DNA of 64,000 bases from an uncultured Candidatus Saccharibacteria bacterium. GTDB lineage: Bacteria > Patescibacteriota > Saccharimonadia > Saccharimonadales > JAGQNJ01. Location of the stretch: positions 88,650-152,649 of the forward strand of contig CAZNZL010000002.1 in assembly GCA_964577565.1 (NCBI GenBank), given 5' to 3'. The notes under the pieces were generated by a model. That model did no database searches. It was not told the DNA's origin and was given only the letters and a program-made list of their open reading frames with translations. The position numbers were made by a program, and so were the translations under genes. Shown here piece after piece: positions 1-9,738 of the stretch. The first letter of the stretch is position 1; the number at the start of each line of letters is the position of its first letter.

Positions 1-1035
1 AAAGCCGGATGAACCTGGCCCGTAGCCCACGGGATTATCTTTAATATCTTCTATGGCGTTTCGCCAAAATAGTAACCGTAGTTCGTTGGGGTCTTCTTGA
101 ACGGTACTCTCGTCGGCATGAAAAATAACGTTTTGTATGAAGTAGGTGTTGCGTACTGCGTAGAATAGGCCTGCTACGGCTACTACAATGGCTACACCAA
201 CCACGACTAGTTGTTTGTGAGCTTTTATCCAGGTATGGACTTTATATCGGCTCGCAATGTAGCCGGCACCAAAAACAACTGCGGCGGTAAACGTGCCCAG
301 CCACGCACTTCTTGAAAAGGTTAGTAAGGTAGCCAGCAAAACCAAACCAAGCATTCCCCCCAACATCATTTTTTTATTGGCCCGTTTAGCTCGTGCCAAT
401 AAGATCATCAGCAGACTGGTAATTATCAGGAGATATGACCCTAGAGAATTAGGGTCGCGTACGGTAGACATAATGCGCTCAAAATCTGGTTTATCGTCAA
501 TATAAAAGGCGGGCAGCACACCGTTTGCCTTAGAGTACCCAAGCGCGGTAAAAAACCCGTCAGGCAATACAAGATACTGAATAACACCAAACCCCGCTAC
601 AATAACCCCCGAGAGCACCACGATTCGCAGAGCAGTTCGCTGCAGGGTTTTGGGGTCGTGTAACTGAACCAGCATCAAGCCGTACACAAAAAACAACAAG
701 AACCGCAGGTTGTAGACCACTCCAATTATCTCAGCCAACACCTCAGGCTCACGAAAGAAGGGGAGTGCCATAGTTATGAGTGCATACACCAAAATGACAT
801 ACACAATTTTATGTGCAAACAGTGCCCTAATATTTAACTTGTTAAGTATTGTTGTAAACGTTAGGGCAAATCCAACCACGAGCACGATGTCTTTTAAAAC
901 CTTCATAAGCTCAAAGCCGCCAAGGTTGACACCTATTACCGTAGATATCAATATATGAAACGGCACGTATGCCAGCAAACCATAAAATATATAAAGCCCG
1001 GCTTGTTGGCATATATCGATCAGTTTTGTTCGCAT
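1..1035 (-). CDS. Polytopic membrane protein, O-antigen ligase/Wzy-like polymerase family (3' end of gene lies outside the window)
   Basis: Reverse-strand translation from ATG (complement of 1033-1035) gives a multi-TM protein (MRTKLIDICQQAGLYIFYGLLAYVPFHILISTVIGV...) with the long hydrophobic stretches typical of O-antigen ligase/polymerase. It sits next to a glycosyltransferase gene. The plus-strand ORFs 293-505 and 776-958 are antisense artefacts. Confidence 0.45.
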   Translation of the reverse strand, partial: MRTKLIDICQQAGLYIFYGLLAYVPFHILISTVIGVNLGGFELMKVLKDIVLVVGFALTFTTILNKLNIRALFAHKIVYVILVYALITMALPFFREPEVLAEIIGVVYNLRFLLFFVYGLMLVQLHDPKTLQRTALRIVVLSGVIVAGFGVIQYLVLPDGFFTALGYSKANGVLPAFYIDDKPDFERIMSTVRDPNSLGSYLLIITSLLMILLARAKRANKKMMLGGMLGLVLLATLLTFSRSAWLGTFTAAVVFGAGYIASRYKVHTWIKAHKQLVVVGVAIVVAVAGLFYAVRNTYFIQNVIFHADESTVQEDPNELRLLFWRNAIEDIKDNPVGYGPGSSGF

Positions 1036-1059
1036 ATATCTCTATTGTAAACTGTAACC

Positions 1060-2148
1060 ATGCATATTGTCATTGACGCGCGCAATCGACGCTCAAGCAC
1101 CGGCCGGTACACCGACAGATTACTAGAGCACCTTCAAGAAATTGACCATGATAATACGTATACCGTACTCGTACAACCAGATGATCCGTGGCAGGGGAGC
1201 AGTAAAAATTTTTCTGCCCTGCCCGCTCCCTATAAACAATTCTCGTTTAATCCTATTGAGCAACTAAGGTTCGCCTGGCAGCTATATCGCATTCGCCCCA
1301 ATCTAGTTCACTTCACGATGACCCAAAGCCCCCTGTTCTACTTTGGCAAGATTGTAACAACGACCCATGACCTTACTATGCTGCGCTTTGCCCGGCCGGG
1401 TAAATTGCCGGTGTGGGTTCATGTCATTAGAATGACGTTATACCGCTTTATGTTCTGGTGGAGTCATCGCAAGTCTCGCGCCATCATTGTACCGAGCCGG
1501 TTTGTGGCCGATGATCTGGCCAAACATCAACCCTTTACTCGTAAAAAAATAACCGTTATCTATGAAGCTAGCGAGCCGCCCCTAAAAACCAAAGCCAAGC
1601 GCCTAAGGGGTGTTCAGCGACCCTTTATCTTTCATGTCGGCAGCCCCTTCCCTCATAAAAACATCGACCGCCTTGTTAAGGCGTTTGAGCAACTAAAAGT
1701 TAGCTACCCCAATTTGCAGCTGGTCCTGCCCGGTAAAAAAGAGTTTTACTTCTCTCAACTAGAGCAGCACATTAAACCAAGTATGGTAGCAAAAGACATA
1801 GTAATGCCAGGCTTTATCAGCGATGCTGAACTAAAGTGGCTATACGAAAATGCCGAATGCTACGTTTTGCCTAGCCTGAGTGAAGGTTTTGGCCTGCCCG
1901 GGCTTGAAGCCATGGCACACAGCTGCCCGCTGGTGAGCAGCAACGCCACCTGCCTACCAGAAATATATGGCAAAGCTGCCCACTACTTTAACCCAGAAGA
2001 CGTAACTGATATCCAGCTTAAAGTTGCTGAGGTGCTGGGCGACAAAAAACTGCGTGCTAACTTAGTTAAAAGAGGCACTGCGCAGCTTAAGAAATACTCG
2101 TGGCAAACAATGGCTAAAGAGACATTAGCCGTGTATAACAAATTTTAG
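1060..2148 (+). CDS. Glycosyltransferase, GT4 family (GT-B fold)
   Basis: C-terminal EGFGLPGLEAMAHSCPLVSS...LPEIYGKAAHYFNPED motif is typical of the GT1/GT4 E-x7-E nucleotide-sugar binding region. Confidence 0.8.
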   Translation: MHIVIDARNRRSSTGRYTDRLLEHLQEIDHDNTYTVLVQPDDPWQGSSKNFSALPAPYKQFSFNPIEQLRFAWQLYRIRPNLVHFTMTQSPLFYFGKIVTTTHDLTMLRFARPGKLPVWVHVIRMTLYRFMFWWSHRKSRAIIVPSRFVADDLAKHQPFTRKKITVIYEASEPPLKTKAKRLRGVQRPFIFHVGSPFPHKNIDRLVKAFEQLKVSYPNLQLVLPGKKEFYFSQLEQHIKPSMVAKDIVMPGFISDAELKWLYENAECYVLPSLSEGFGLPGLEAMAHSCPLVSSNATCLPEIYGKAAHYFNPEDVTDIQLKVAEVLGDKKLRANLVKRGTAQLKKYSWQTMAKETLAVYNKF

Positions 2149-2612
2149 GCTTCAGCCTGTTTGCCGGCCTTGATAACCACGTGGCGATCCCTGCCCTCAC
2201 CTTCTGATATCGTCTCAAGACCATGATCAGCTGCTACTTTGTGAATTATACGGCGGTCAGCTGCACCCATTGGTCTGACGTGGTAGTCGTCATCCTTCTC
2301 TTTGGCGGCTTGTATCCACTCTTGCGCCTTTTGCTCTAGCCGTTCGGCACGCTGTTTTTTGTAATCAGCAACGTCAACAAACACCCGCGAGTAATCAAAC
2401 CCGTGGTTGCGCATGGCAGTGCCAATCAAAAACTGCATAGCGCGCATGGTATCGCCACGCTGACCAATTAAAAAGCCGTTAAGGTGCGTAGACGGCACGT
2501 GTAGCTCTATAACCTCGTCTTCATTAACAGTGGCGTACACATCGGTGTTGAGCCCAAAAAACGACAACATGTCTTCTAAATATTTCTTGGCGTATTGAAC
2601 TGCTTCTTCCAC
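2145..2612 (-). CDS. khpB: Jag/KhpB-like RNA-binding protein (KH + R3H domains)
   Basis: Conserved position downstream of yidC. C-terminal R3H-like segment (HVRPMGAADRRIIHKVAADHGLETISEGEG). Confidence 0.7.
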   Translation of the reverse strand: MEEAVQYAKKYLEDMLSFFGLNTDVYATVNEDEVIELHVPSTHLNGFLIGQRGDTMRAMQFLIGTAMRNHGFDYSRVFVDVADYKKQRAERLEQKAQEWIQAAKEKDDDYHVRPMGAADRRIIHKVAADHGLETISEGEGRDRHVVIKAGKQAEA

Positions 2613-2615
2613 TCT

Positions 2616-3539
2616 TTACCTCCTTGCCCGTTTCTTAGTTTTCTTTGAGGTTTTCTTTTTAGTTTTTGGTTTTTTAGGAGATAGCACCTCGCCTTCGAGC
2701 GGCTCGTTTGTTTTTTCTGTGGCGGCTTCTAGCTCGGTTTCATCTTGACGCAAGACACGTGATTGTTGCAATATAGCGACCACACTGGTGGTAAGCCAGT
2801 ATAGCGGCAGCGCAGCTGGTAGCCCAAGCGTAAAGAAGAACACAAAGGCTGGGATCATATAAATAGTAAACCGGCTGGTTGCGGCGGTCATTTCGCTTTG
2901 GTCGGTTTGTTTGCCCTCGCTTGCCTCACGCAAAATGTCGCGGAGTTTCTTGCGGTCTTTTGTATCAGGCATGAGTTGTTTACCTTGATAAAACTGTGCA
3001 ACAGCACTTAGCACCACAATTACCAAGGCTGGTATATACCAGCCTTTTGTCTGGCTTGTTGCTGGCCGCGTTAAGTCGACAAGCCCGATGAATGAATTGT
3101 CAAATTTGCTAATACTCGAGCCAAGCTCTTGAAGCCACGGTAATTTATGTATCCATGAATAGGTAAAGGTGTTAACGACATTCGGATCGTTAACAAGTCG
3201 GGTAATCGCACTATAGAGGCCGATAAAAATCGGTAGCTGAACAATAATTAAGCCAAATGACGCAAACGGGTTAATCTCTCTTTCTTTATACAGGGCCATT
3301 ACCATCATTGATTCTTTTTGGCGATCCCCTTTGGCGGCTTTTTTAATGCGCTTTAGTTCTGGCTGCAGCTCACGCATGGCTTTGGCGTGATGAAGCTGCT
3401 TTTTAACGAGGGGCCACATCGCCAGACGAACCAAAATCGTAAATATGATTATGGCAAGGCCAAAATTGTGCCCGGGTAAGAGCCCATAAATAGCAACTAG
3501 AACGTTAAAAATAGGCTGCACAATAAGTGTGGTAAACAT
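2616..3539 (-). CDS. yidC: Membrane protein insertase YidC
   Basis: N-terminus MFTTLIVQPIFNVLVAIYGLLPGHNFGLAIIIFTILVRLAMWPL and the multi-TM 60-kDa inner membrane insertase pattern. Lies in the canonical rnpA-yidC-jag order. Confidence 0.85.
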   Translation of the reverse strand: MFTTLIVQPIFNVLVAIYGLLPGHNFGLAIIIFTILVRLAMWPLVKKQLHHAKAMRELQPELKRIKKAAKGDRQKESMMVMALYKEREINPFASFGLIIVQLPIFIGLYSAITRLVNDPNVVNTFTYSWIHKLPWLQELGSSISKFDNSFIGLVDLTRPATSQTKGWYIPALVIVVLSAVAQFYQGKQLMPDTKDRKKLRDILREASEGKQTDQSEMTAATSRFTIYMIPAFVFFFTLGLPAALPLYWLTTSVVAILQQSRVLRQDETELEAATEKTNEPLEGEVLSPKKPKTKKKTSKKTKKRARR

Positions 3540-3597
3540 GAATTCTCCTCTTTGGTACTACTATAATATCACGACCCGTATCTGTTGCGACAGCAGG

Positions 3598-3945
3598 TTA
3601 GGGTATGAGGTGGGCGTTTTTAAGTTGTTTTTTTACCTCGTGCTCGAGCTTGGTGGCAGGCATGGTCGCTACTTCTTCACTGTGAACAATAAAAACTATG
3701 TCTACCGGCTCTGTAAAAAACGGAGCTAGTTGGCGAACCAGCTCATACATACGCCGCCGAATGCGGTTTCGGACCACAGCCGATTTGTGCACGCGCCGGC
3801 TAACAACGACTGCCGCCCGGTACGCACTACCGCGGCGATTTGGTACATACCTAAGCACAAAATACTGCCCTCTAACCGTTTTACCACGGGTAAATATATA
3901 CCGAAAGCTGGCTGTGTTATGAAAGCGATGTTCTTTAGATAACAT
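3598..3945 (-). CDS. rnpA: Ribonuclease P protein component
   Basis: 115-aa basic protein between rpmH and yidC. RnpA-like RNR motif (VVRNRIRRRMYELVRQ). Confidence 0.85.
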   Translation of the reverse strand: MLSKEHRFHNTASFRYIFTRGKTVRGQYFVLRYVPNRRGSAYRAAVVVSRRVHKSAVVRNRIRRRMYELVRQLAPFFTEPVDIVFIVHSEEVATMPATKLEHEVKKQLKNAHLIP

Positions 3946-3958
3946 CGTTGGTCCTGTA

Positions 3959-4096
3959 TTAGGCTGATAGCTTTGTGCGCCCTTTTAAGCGGCGTCGCTT
4001 TAGTACGCGTTGACCCGCTTTAGTGCTCATGCGCTTAAAAAAGCCGTGCATACGGGCACGCTTACGCGTTTTGGGTTGAAATGTTCTTTTTGGCAT
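3959..4096 (-). CDS. rpmH: 50S ribosomal protein L34
   Basis: Manual reverse translation gives [45 protein letters not shown] (45 aa). It is absent from the ORF track because it is shorter than 60 aa. Confidence 0.85.
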   Translation of the reverse strand: MPKRTFQPKTRKRARMHGFFKRMSTKAGQRVLKRRRLKGRTKLSA

Positions 4097-4368
4097 AGAT
4101 TCAATTGTACCTTTAAAGTTTATAAAATAAAAAGTTCGGCCCTACATAAGCCGTGAGCGCGTGTTCGTAAAAAACACAATATTTACCCCACTAATAGTAT
4201 CAAGTTTTCCACCGGTCGCCAAGTTTTTTCCACAATTTGTGAGGTGTTAGAGAGCCATGTGTACAACTCTACAGGTAAAACGGTTGCGTGCTAGTGCATC
4301 AGCATCGTTGTGTAAATGGCTGTGGAAAACTACGCCTCAGATTGTTATAGTAAATACAAAGGAAGGTT
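4097..4368. promoter_or_regulatory. Putative oriC / dnaA promoter region with DnaA-box-like motifs and an AT-rich stretch
   Basis: rpmH-dnaA intergenic region. TTTTCCACC (4205-4213), TTTTCCACA (4227-4235) and its reverse TGTGGAAAA (4321-4329) each differ by at most 1 nt from the TTATCCACA consensus. An AT-rich segment lies at 4100-4160. A further TTTTCCACA sits at 5867-5875 in the dnaA-dnaN spacer. Confidence 0.5.
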
Positions 4369-5742
4369 ATGAAGCGAGGGACTACACACGACACTTTGTG
4401 GCAAGCAGTTTTGGGTGAAATTGAGGTTTCAATTTCGCGGGCCAGCTTTGTGACATGGTTTAAAAACACCGTGTTGTTGAAAAATCAGGGCGGCACCTAC
4501 GTTATTGGTGTACCTAATATCTTCATTAAACAGCAGCTAGAGCGAAAATTTAACGACCTCGTTACGAAAACGCTCATTAATAACGGGGTTACACCGGTAA
4601 ATATTGAATACAAGGTTGTGTCTGGTTCTGCCCTGCATAAAAAAATTGAGGATGAGCCGGTTATTTTAAACCAGAAAGCAGTCGACAAGCCCGTAAAAGC
4701 TACCAATGCGTTGTCACACAGTTATCGCCAAGGGCTGAATGTGCGCTACACGTTTGAGACTTTTATTGTGGGTGGTGCTAATGAGCTTGCTTATGCTGCT
4801 TGCCAAGCCATAGCGCAAAACCCTGGCAGCAAATACAATCCGCTCTTTTTATATGGTGGCGTTGGAATTGGTAAAACCCACCTTATTCAAGCCGTAGGCA
4901 ATGAGGTTTTATCGCAAAATCCAAAGGCCCGCGTTGTCTATATTTCTACCGAGCAATTCGTTCAGGAGTTTATTGACGCCGTGCGCTACAAAAAAAATAC
5001 CGACTTTGCAAGTTACTACCGCAACGCAGATGTACTGATTATTGATGATATTCAATTTATTGCTGGTAAAGACAAAACCCAAGAAGAGTTTTTTCACACC
5101 TTTAATGCCCTGCATCAAGCTAACAAGCAAATTATTATCAGTAGCGATAAACCGCCGCGCGATATACCGACACTTGAAGAGCGATTGCGCTCACGTTTTG
5201 CCTGGGGTATGTCAATCGATATGCAAACCCCCGATTTTGAAACTCGCTGCGCCATCATTCAAACCAAAGCAGGTGCGCGAGGCGTACAATTAACCCCTGA
5301 TGTTGTTGAATACCTTGCCCAAGGCGTGCGCACTAATATTAGAGAACTAGAGGGTGCGCTCAACCAACTACTTGCGCTGTGCGAAATGAAGCAAATCAGC
5401 CCCGATATAGCGTTAGCAAAAAGCCTTTTAGGTGGCAGTAAAAACCGGCCTAAACATGTTAGCCCCAAAAACATCATTGAACGAACAGCGAAACACTTTC
5501 ATGTCAGTATAGACGAGTTACTTGGCCCAAAGCGCGATAAAGACATAGTGGTACCACGCCAAGTTGCTATGTATATGCTGCGCAGTGAGCTCCACTTAAG
5601 TTTTCCTAAAATTGCCCGAGAGCTGGGCCGTAAAGACCATACCACTGCCATTCATTCGATTGAAAAGATTGAACGCGAGCTTTTAACAGACCAACATATT
5701 AAAGATGCGGTCTCGCAAATTAAGGAACGACTCTATGTATAA
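4369..5742 (+). CDS. dnaA: Chromosomal replication initiator DnaA
   Basis: AAA+ Walker A GGVGIGKTHL, Walker B LIIDDIQF, and a C-terminal DNA-binding domain (VAMYMLRSEL...HTTAIHSIEKIE). RBS AGGAAGG upstream. Confidence 0.95.
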   Translation: MKRGTTHDTLWQAVLGEIEVSISRASFVTWFKNTVLLKNQGGTYVIGVPNIFIKQQLERKFNDLVTKTLINNGVTPVNIEYKVVSGSALHKKIEDEPVILNQKAVDKPVKATNALSHSYRQGLNVRYTFETFIVGGANELAYAACQAIAQNPGSKYNPLFLYGGVGIGKTHLIQAVGNEVLSQNPKARVVYISTEQFVQEFIDAVRYKKNTDFASYYRNADVLIIDDIQFIAGKDKTQEEFFHTFNALHQANKQIIISSDKPPRDIPTLEERLRSRFAWGMSIDMQTPDFETRCAIIQTKAGARGVQLTPDVVEYLAQGVRTNIRELEGALNQLLALCEMKQISPDIALAKSLLGGSKNRPKHVSPKNIIERTAKHFHVSIDELLGPKRDKDIVVPRQVAMYMLRSELHLSFPKIARELGRKDHTTAIHSIEKIERELLTDQHIKDAVSQIKERLYV

Positions 5743-5975
5743 AGCTGTTGCTACTACCCACATAACTTGTGCACAATCTGCCCGTCTTTACACAGGCAAT
5801 TTTATTTACAACGCACCTGTGGGTAATACCCGGTTCTTTCACACACCCTTACTGCGGTTTTTCCACACCACTTTCCATGTTGTTTGGCGGAAGATTACTG
5901 ATTACAAACCCATTTATACCCATCTTACACACCACTTACTACTAAAACTACAATTATATTAAAGAAAGGATAATA

Positions 5976-7067
5976 ATGGATCTCCAGGTCACTCAAGAAA
6001 ATCTTCACAAAGCATTAAGTAATGTAGCCCGGGTTGCAACCGGCCGCACAACCCTACCTATTCTTAGTAATATCCTTATTCAAACTGACAATAACCGCCT
6101 GCGTCTGTCAGCAACAAACCTCGATATCGCAATCTCTCAACATATTGGTACTAAAATTAAGAGCGACGGTTCCCTAACTATACCCGCGCGCTTGTTTCAG
6201 GACTTTGTAGGTAACCTTCCTAAAACCACTATTCACCTAAAGCAAGAAAACCATAAACTTCATATAACAGCCGAAAAGTATAAATCTACTATTAATGGTT
6301 CGCCGACTGATGAGTATCCGGTGATGCCTGCAATTCAAAACGGCAGTACTTTTACGGTTGAGGCGGGTGCCTTTAAAAAGGCGCTGCAGCAAGTTATTTT
6401 TGCGGCCTCAAATGATGAGGCGCGGCCGGTTTTAACCGCCGTTAACCTTTATAGTCATGATGGACAGCTTATCATGGCAGCCACCGATAGTTACCGGCTG
6501 GCCGAAAAACTCGTAGCTCCCCTAAAACAGGACGTTTCACTGTTGATACCAAGCAGTGCAATGCATGACTTACTGCGTATCTTGGGCGATCAAGAGGGTG
6601 AGATAGAAATTCTCTACGATGACCAACAGGTACGGTTTGTTATTGGTGATACCGAATTGATTGCACGCCTTATTGATGGCACCTACCCAGACTATAGAAA
6701 ACTTATACCGAAGCAATTTGCCACTGAGGCGCTTATATCGAAAGACGAACTTATTAATATTACGAAAGTTTCTGGCTTATTTTCGCGCGAAAACGCCGGC
6801 AGTATTACCATTACCGCCAGTAAAGATAATCAAAACATAAGCGTGCGTTCTATTGCCTCACAGCTTGGTGAAAACGAAGCTAGCGCTGATGGCTCGGTAA
6901 CTAATGACGGCTCAATTACGCTTAACTCTCGTTATTTATTAGAAGGGTTGCAAGCTTTAGAGGGTGATAAAGTAAACTTTTGTTTTAATGGCAAACTCGA
7001 AGCCATTATTATTACCGCACCCGACCACGACAATTACACCCATGTTATTATGCCGCTCAAAAGCTAG
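5976..7067 (+). CDS. dnaN: DNA polymerase III beta sliding clamp
   Basis: 363 aa starting MDLQVTQENLHKALSNVARV..., a three-domain clamp, immediately after dnaA. Confidence 0.93.
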   Translation: MDLQVTQENLHKALSNVARVATGRTTLPILSNILIQTDNNRLRLSATNLDIAISQHIGTKIKSDGSLTIPARLFQDFVGNLPKTTIHLKQENHKLHITAEKYKSTINGSPTDEYPVMPAIQNGSTFTVEAGAFKKALQQVIFAASNDEARPVLTAVNLYSHDGQLIMAATDSYRLAEKLVAPLKQDVSLLIPSSAMHDLLRILGDQEGEIEILYDDQQVRFVIGDTELIARLIDGTYPDYRKLIPKQFATEALISKDELINITKVSGLFSRENAGSITITASKDNQNISVRSIASQLGENEASADGSVTNDGSITLNSRYLLEGLQALEGDKVNFCFNGKLEAIIITAPDHDNYTHVIMPLKS

Positions 7068-7081
7068 GTATAGTAGATAGA

Positions 7082-8140
7082 ATGGTGTTTACGTCTGTTC
7101 GGTTACAGAATTATCGGTCGTACCAAGACGGTGCCTTTGAATTTAGCCCAAACGTAAACATAATTGTTGGCCCCAACGCGAGTGGTAAAACCAATTTACT
7201 TGACGCCCTGCATCTAAGTGCTAATGCCACATCAATTAAGCCGTCTCGCGAACGTATGGTGCGTGTGGGTGCTAATTGGGCGCGAGTTGATACATTGACT
7301 AACACCAACCAAACGCGGGCTGTAAAGCTCCGAGAAAACGAAACTGGGCTTATTATTGAGGTTGATGAAAAGTCATACAAGCGCTTACCGCAACGTTTGC
7401 GCCTACCTATTATTTTATTTGAGCCAAGCCAGCTCTATCTCATAACCTCATCGCCTGATATGCGACGAACACTCATTGACGATATGCTCGAAAAGCTTGT
7501 TCCTGCCTTTAGTAAACAAAAAAATAACTACTTAAAAGTCTTGCGGCAGCGTAACGCACTCCTTAAGCAGCCAATCGAACGGGTCAAACAGCAAATTTTT
7601 GCCTGGGATATTCGTTTAAGCGAGTTGGCGGGCCATATTGTTGAGCACCGCCTTACGTTACTAGAGGATATGAACGCCAAAGCCAGCGCTATATACAGCG
7701 ACATTGCCCAGCACGACCACCATATTAACTTTTCGTACGATAGCAAGATTCCGCTTCCGGGCTATGCAACCAATCTTACAAAAGTGCTCCAAACATCACT
7801 AGAAAACGATCATCACCGAGGGTTTACGGGGTATGGGCCTCACCGCGACGATATCACCATTGCAATTGATAACGATGATATACGAGATGTGGCTTCACGA
7901 GGAGAAACCAGAAGCATTCTCTTAACAGTCAAGATTATTGAAGGTACATTGCTTGAAGCGGCGTATGAGCACAAGCCGCTATTACTGCTGGATGATGTCT
8001 TTGGTGAGCTCGATGGCCAACGCCGCAAACGGCTTATTGAATTTATTGGTGGTAACCAGGTTTTTATAACCACCACCGACGCAGACATCATTGGCCACGA
8101 GTTTGCACAGCAAACAAATATAATTTATACCAATAGTTAA
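7082..8140 (+). CDS. recF: DNA replication and repair protein RecF
   Basis: N-terminal Walker A GPNASGKTNLLDAL and C-terminal LLLDDVFGELD (Walker B / ABC signature region). Follows dnaN. Confidence 0.9.
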   Translation: MVFTSVRLQNYRSYQDGAFEFSPNVNIIVGPNASGKTNLLDALHLSANATSIKPSRERMVRVGANWARVDTLTNTNQTRAVKLRENETGLIIEVDEKSYKRLPQRLRLPIILFEPSQLYLITSSPDMRRTLIDDMLEKLVPAFSKQKNNYLKVLRQRNALLKQPIERVKQQIFAWDIRLSELAGHIVEHRLTLLEDMNAKASAIYSDIAQHDHHINFSYDSKIPLPGYATNLTKVLQTSLENDHHRGFTGYGPHRDDITIAIDNDDIRDVASRGETRSILLTVKIIEGTLLEAAYEHKPLLLLDDVFGELDGQRRKRLIEFIGGNQVFITTTDADIIGHEFAQQTNIIYTNS

Positions 8141-9738
8141 TTAATTGAATAAACCACTTTGTATTTTTTTGTATCCAAGCCGCTATTTCGAATTTGTGAT
8201 TCAATTATAGCTTTTTTTTCGGCAATTTCTTTAGGGTCATACGCATAGCTAGCCAGGGATTTGTTAAACACGGTTCTTGTAACATCAGGAACAACCAGTA
8301 TGTTATTTTTATGTATTGAAACAGCTCTCACCTCAGGCGAGTCCATTAAACGTGAAATATGAGTATCGATTCCATCACTGCGGCCACTACTAATAGCCAA
8401 TACACTTGATCTATTATTCTTTTCTATACACAGGAGGGTTTTATCGCTGTTAATCTGTCGGATTCCGCAAAAAGTATAGTCTCGAAATGAGTATCGGTAA
8501 TATCCCGTCATAGTTTCGGGATTGATTGTTAACAAACCAGAATCTGTTACTGCTAAAATCCCCCTGTTGTAAACTTCCATTTGCCTAACATTAGGTATGG
8601 TTCCGGTTTGCTCTAATTCATTCTGATTAATGGTATATAAATATAGCGTTTCATCGCTTAACACGCACAGTTTATTACGGCCACATAGTCGAGCTTGGCT
8701 TGCTGCAAAATCTAATCTATATCGCCGCTCGTTGTTATTCGAATAAATAACTACTTCGCTAAAGTTCAAAGGAGAATCATCTGGAGACGAGCCTTCGTCT
8801 TCTTCCTCGAAGTATTTATTGCTAATCACTGAAGTACTTGGGTTCAAGAAGCTATAACCAAGATATTCGGGGTTGTAATGCTGGTTATTTAGGATGGTAA
8901 TACTGTCATCAGCGGTGCTTATTCCATAGAAATTTATACCAGATAATTTAGTTGGCTGAATATTCAATTGCTGTGGGGGTGTTGAGAGGTTTTGGTAATA
9001 AAGGAACTCATCGCCCAGAGTACCGTAAACAAGGTAGCCGTTTTTATAGGGGGATATACCATATTCTTTATCTGGATCCAACCCTTCAACTTTCTTAAAC
9101 GCGTTCAAAGCGACCGTATGTGTCGAGGTATTGACGGGGTATAGTCCAAATTCTGTACCGTGCTCATCTTTATGGCTAACAAATGCTTTAAGTTGACCAG
9201 AATCTATAACAAACCCTAACAAACTAATCTCATTAGCGTCAACCGCTAACGGTAGGCTATAACCGGGCGAATTATTTGAAGGACCAACATGAAAGTTAGC
9301 GCTACTAATACTACCACCACACTGCCAACTAATTAGGTTATCCCCGTTTTCTGAATAAAGGCATTGGCTGGGTTTATCTCCGATGTATTGTCGTGCCTCT
9401 TCTTGTTGGTGTTTTGAGTTAACATGAGTCGTTTGAAAAAAACCCCGAGCGTTGGCAACAGAGAAATAACTACCATCTCTACCAGAAGTGGTAACTCTGT
9501 ACACGCCTCTCTTAACAAGTTTTCTTACATTGCCCCTAAACGTACCAGCAACTTGTGTATTTTCGTTTTGTATTGTGAAATTTATGTTGTTTGTGCCGGA
9601 AGATGTGTTTATTTGTATAAAAGAGTACTGTGAGGCTGCGAGGATTGCAATTAAGCACATACTCGTTAGTAAGATTAATATTTTATGTCGGTAGATCTTG
9701 TGAATCATTAAACCAATTAGTGAATTTTGTTGCATCAT
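8137..9738 (-). CDS. Secreted or membrane-anchored hypothetical protein (533 aa), last gene of the T4SS-like operon
   Basis: N-terminal hydrophobic signal/anchor (ILILLTSMCLIAILAASQ). A 4-nt overlap with the upstream gene suggests an operon. No recognizable catalytic motif. Confidence 0.5.
   Translation of the reverse strand: MMQQNSLIGLMIHKIYRHKILILLTSMCLIAILAASQYSFIQINTSSGTNNINFTIQNENTQVAGTFRGNVRKLVKRGVYRVTTSGRDGSYFSVANARGFFQTTHVNSKHQQEEARQYIGDKPSQCLYSENGDNLISWQCGGSISSANFHVGPSNNSPGYSLPLAVDANEISLLGFVIDSGQLKAFVSHKDEHGTEFGLYPVNTSTHTVALNAFKKVEGLDPDKEYGISPYKNGYLVYGTLGDEFLYYQNLSTPPQQLNIQPTKLSGINFYGISTADDSITILNNQHYNPEYLGYSFLNPSTSVISNKYFEEEDEGSSPDDSPLNFSEVVIYSNNNERRYRLDFAASQARLCGRNKLCVLSDETLYLYTINQNELEQTGTIPNVRQMEVYNRGILAVTDSGLLTINPETMTGYYRYSFRDYTFCGIRQINSDKTLLCIEKNNRSSVLAISSGRSDGIDTHISRLMDSPEVRAVSIHKNNILVVPDVTRTVFNKSLASYAYDPKEIAEKKAIIESQIRNSGLDTKKYKVVYSIN

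Noticed and set aside
293-958. Plus-strand ORFs 293-505 and 776-958.
   Set aside because: They lie antisense within a continuous minus-strand multi-TM coding frame (1-1035). They have no RBS and read as low-complexity translations.
4497-5477. Small ORFs overlapping dnaA on either strand (4497-4706, 4909-5130, 5042-5293, 5259-5477).
   Set aside because: They sit inside a well-supported dnaA coding frame and are typical antisense or alternate-frame artefacts.
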